From Heterodontus francisci (taxonomy: Eukaryota), in the NCBI RefSeq assembly GCF_036365525.1, contig NC_090383.1, positions 114,206,531 through 114,270,530 of the forward strand: DNA of 64,000 nt, read 5' to 3'. Position 1 is the stretch's first letter; every line of letters begins with the position of its first letter. The notes beneath the pieces were generated by a model. That model ran no database searches, had not been told where the DNA came from, and saw only the letters and a list, made by a program, of their open reading frames with translations. Below, piece after piece: positions 61,141 through 64,000 of this stretch. A program made the position numbers and the translations under genes.

Positions 61141-64000
61141 CTGTGTTCTGATAAGAAGGATCAGCTTCCAATGTCACAAACCATAACTCTATAAACCTCA
61201 TCACACAGTAAAACATTGATAACAGTTTTGAAAACTCACACAAGCTACCATAGTGTAATAGTTGATGAGATGGTTTTATGCTGACAGCCCTAAACCACAG
61301 TCAAGTGAATTTTTGACCTAACTAACCAAATCCAAAAACTGAATAATAATCTTGAAACACAGTTAGATGAAGAATGACAAATTGACCATCACAACGCATG
61401 CAGACTGGCTTTCTTAGAAATCAAAGAGATTTGGACTTTATCTAGAAATTAAGTTTGTACAACCTTTCTTAGGAATCAAAGAGAGTGTATCTTACCTAGA
61501 AATTAACAGTTATACAACATTATTTGGGAAATAAAGGGGGACAAACTTACTTGCAGTCAAGGTAACACCCCCATACCTAAGAAATTAGTTATGGAACTTG
61601 GAAAACAGAAATATTGTAAGCACATATTGCATTTTTAGATTTGTTGGACACACTCTAACGTCTCTCATGGTAAAGGTACAATTATTGGGATGAGGCGATG
61701 ATACTTCTGTCCCAGTTAAGGGGAGAACTATCTTGCTAACTATATAGTCTACTTGGGGATTTAAGGCAAATGTTCCTTTAATAATTGAAGGATATCATAC
61801 TTAAATGTTTTACTATAACGATATTTAGATTTAAAAATTGGATTCTCTTTTAGAAACAAGATTGTACTTTCTGTCTTTCCCAAAACTATTAACGTTGCAA
61901 TTGACTGTCTCACCAACTGTGAATTGCATGTTCAGTTCTTTGATAAACATTTATATAACTTAGAATTTATATTGTCTCACATAGTCTTCTATATTGCTAA
62001 CTCGTGAATCTGTCTCCGTACACTCTTTGGTAGGGAAGTACATCACTGAGGAGAGATTCCCATACCCTCAAAATATCTGGGTTATTATAATCTGGTTGAA
62101 ACGTGTTGAAGCTATCTGGAGGACAGTAATATTCTCAGCTGGTTCCTTTCCTTTAGGGGGAGTTAGATCAGTCCTTCAGACACATTCAAGTGTCTTTGGG
62201 ATCTATCTTTATCAACCTTAAGTGAGGGTGATCATCTGAGAAGTGTGCCAGATCTGGGATAGCCCCAAAAAGGGGCTAGGATTATAATACACTACAAAGA
62301 GTGGGATAGGAAAACCAAGAGGGCACAGTAGATAGAGAATTAGTAAGAGTGAGGTGGGACCCCTGAGAGGACAGGATTGGCAATTTGCAGATGATCAAAA
62401 ACAGGCGAGCTACCTAATAAATTATTTATTTTGGTCTATAGTAAAGAATTTGTCAGTGGCAGTGAATCCTGAATTGGTTGAGAGCAAGCTGAGTGATATT
62501 ATGAAAGATTTAAAAAAAAAGTAGATGGATTCATTAGGCTGAAGGAAGTGGATTTGGCAAGGCCCAGTGGAATGTATTCTGGTACCCTAAGGGAGGAAAT
62601 TGCAGAGGCCCTCAAAGTGATCTTTGTGTGCTGGAAGACTGGAGAGTTGCCAGTGCTGTACCCATTTTTAAAAAGGGAAACGGTGCTAATCTAAATAATT
62701 ACAGCCCAATTATTTAGGGAAAATCTTAGTGTCTCTAATTAAAGATGAAATTGCCACGCATCTAAATAAAGAGAAAATAGAAGTACTCAGCACAGCTTTC
62801 AAAAGGGATGTTCATGCTTGACAAACCTCGTAGAATACTTGCAGGACATAGCAGACGAGCGGTGGTTGTTGTGTACGTGGACTTTAGGAAATGTTTTGAC
62901 AAGGTGTTGCTTGGGCAATTGTTAGAAAAAAGTTATGGATTTAGGAGGAGGTTAGGAGAATGGATTAAAAATTGGTTAGAAGGGATAAAAAGACCCCTTG
63001 GAAGTGGGTAGTGATGTGCTGCAGTGTTCAGTTCTGGTGCCATTTCTGTTCATTGTGTTTATCAATGGTTGAGATATAGGCCCAGACAGATTGGTGTCGG
63101 AATTTGCAGATGATACCAAAAATAGAAGCTGGAATTAATTCTTCAAAAGACCAAAGGCAGCTGCAAGGGGGATATTGATAAGGTGGAGGAATAGGTTTAA
63201 AAAAAAAAGTGGCAGATGGAATTTAGTGTCACTAAATGTGAGGTGAATACGGTTAAGTAGAGAAAAAGCAGAGAATAATTATATTCTGAATCTACATATG
63301 CTTAGTGCTGCTGAAGTGCAGAGGGATTTTTTGGGGGGATTGGTTCATAGGCTATTAAAGGCAGATAGATAAAATTCTATTCCTTTTTTAATGCAGCTTT
63401 ATCAGTAGGTATAGAATAAAAGCAAAGATGAGCTATTAACAAAAACTCTAAAACCTCAGTTAGAACACTGCTGTATTGGGCTCTAAACTATGGGAAGGAT
63501 ATTGAGGCTTTAGAGAGGGTACAATGCAGATTGAGTAGGATGCTGCTTGTTATGACGAAATGCAAATACAAAAACCAGTTTGAAAAACTGGCGCTTTAAC
63601 AACAGATTACAGGTGATGTGGTAGAAGTGTTTAAAATTATGAAATTTGGGACAGGAAAGATAGAAGCAAACTGTCTGTAGTTGTTGAGAGATCCAGAGCA
63701 AGGGGCCATACATACAATAAATGTAAAAGGTTTAGAACAGACGACCTCTTCACACACATTTTCTGTGGCTGTGGAATTCACTTGCAGGATTAATAGTTGA
63801 GGCAGAAACTGTCAACTTTCAAGAGCAGATTAAATAAATGGATGAAGGAAAATGCGATTAGGACTATTTGCTTGCATGGAGATTAAATACTGACATGACC
63901 TGGTGGGGCCTCTTTATATGTAAGTTATTTAAGTAATTTTAATAATTGGATTTTAAAAAATGTTATTGTTGATGAATTATGCTAGAGACCAGCTTGGAGC

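Larger units (their letters stand above)
59949..62296 (+). mobile_element. Solo LTR (~1.3 kb after removing nested inserts)
   Basis: TG...CA termini (TGTGAAGG...CACTACA) with a 4-bp TSD AAGA (59945-59948 and 62297-62300); non-coding; orientation assumed. Confidence 0.75.
58690..63910 (+). mobile_element. Old, nearly full-length CR1 LINE (ORF1 esterase remnant, APE, RT), split by a solo LTR at 59949-62296
   Basis: IMVHVGAKD and VTISGLLP (ORF1 SGNH-like), VGDFNYP (APE), VYVDFRKCFDKV and FADDT (RT); many stops and frameshifts. Confidence 0.8.

Overview
This is eukaryotic, vertebrate genomic DNA, most likely from a shark or ray, judged from its repeat content (HE1/V-SINE-type, DeuSINE-type and CR1/L2/Penelope elements). 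It has three genic elements. (1) The first coding exon of a mixed-lineage kinase (MAP3K9/10/11/21 subfamily; SH3 plus N-terminal kinase domain) lies on the minus strand at 9733-10468, in a CpG island. It is preceded by an in-frame uORF and followed by a 35-copy CpG-rich palindromic minisatellite in intron 1. (2) The complete INTS9 gene lies on the minus strand (17 coding exons, 54181 to 20213, 1977 nt = 658 aa + stop, all GT-AG). (3) A bidirectional CpG promoter at about 54200-54560 has a candidate first exon of an unidentified divergent gene. The rest is intronic or intergenic DNA dense in retroelements. The most notable observation is a ~3.2-kb LINE (47675-50893) whose endonuclease/RT ORF is fused directly behind a tRNA-derived SINE head with no room for ORF1; four short SINEs in the window look like its internal-deletion derivatives. 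Other points of interest are a hAT-type MITE carrying outward-facing perfect splice donors, degenerate hammerhead motifs in Penelope termini, a 99-nt intronic hairpin, and a nested solo-LTR insertion with a 4-bp TSD. Repeat boundaries are approximate (read by eye) and repeat family names are from recall, not from a database search.
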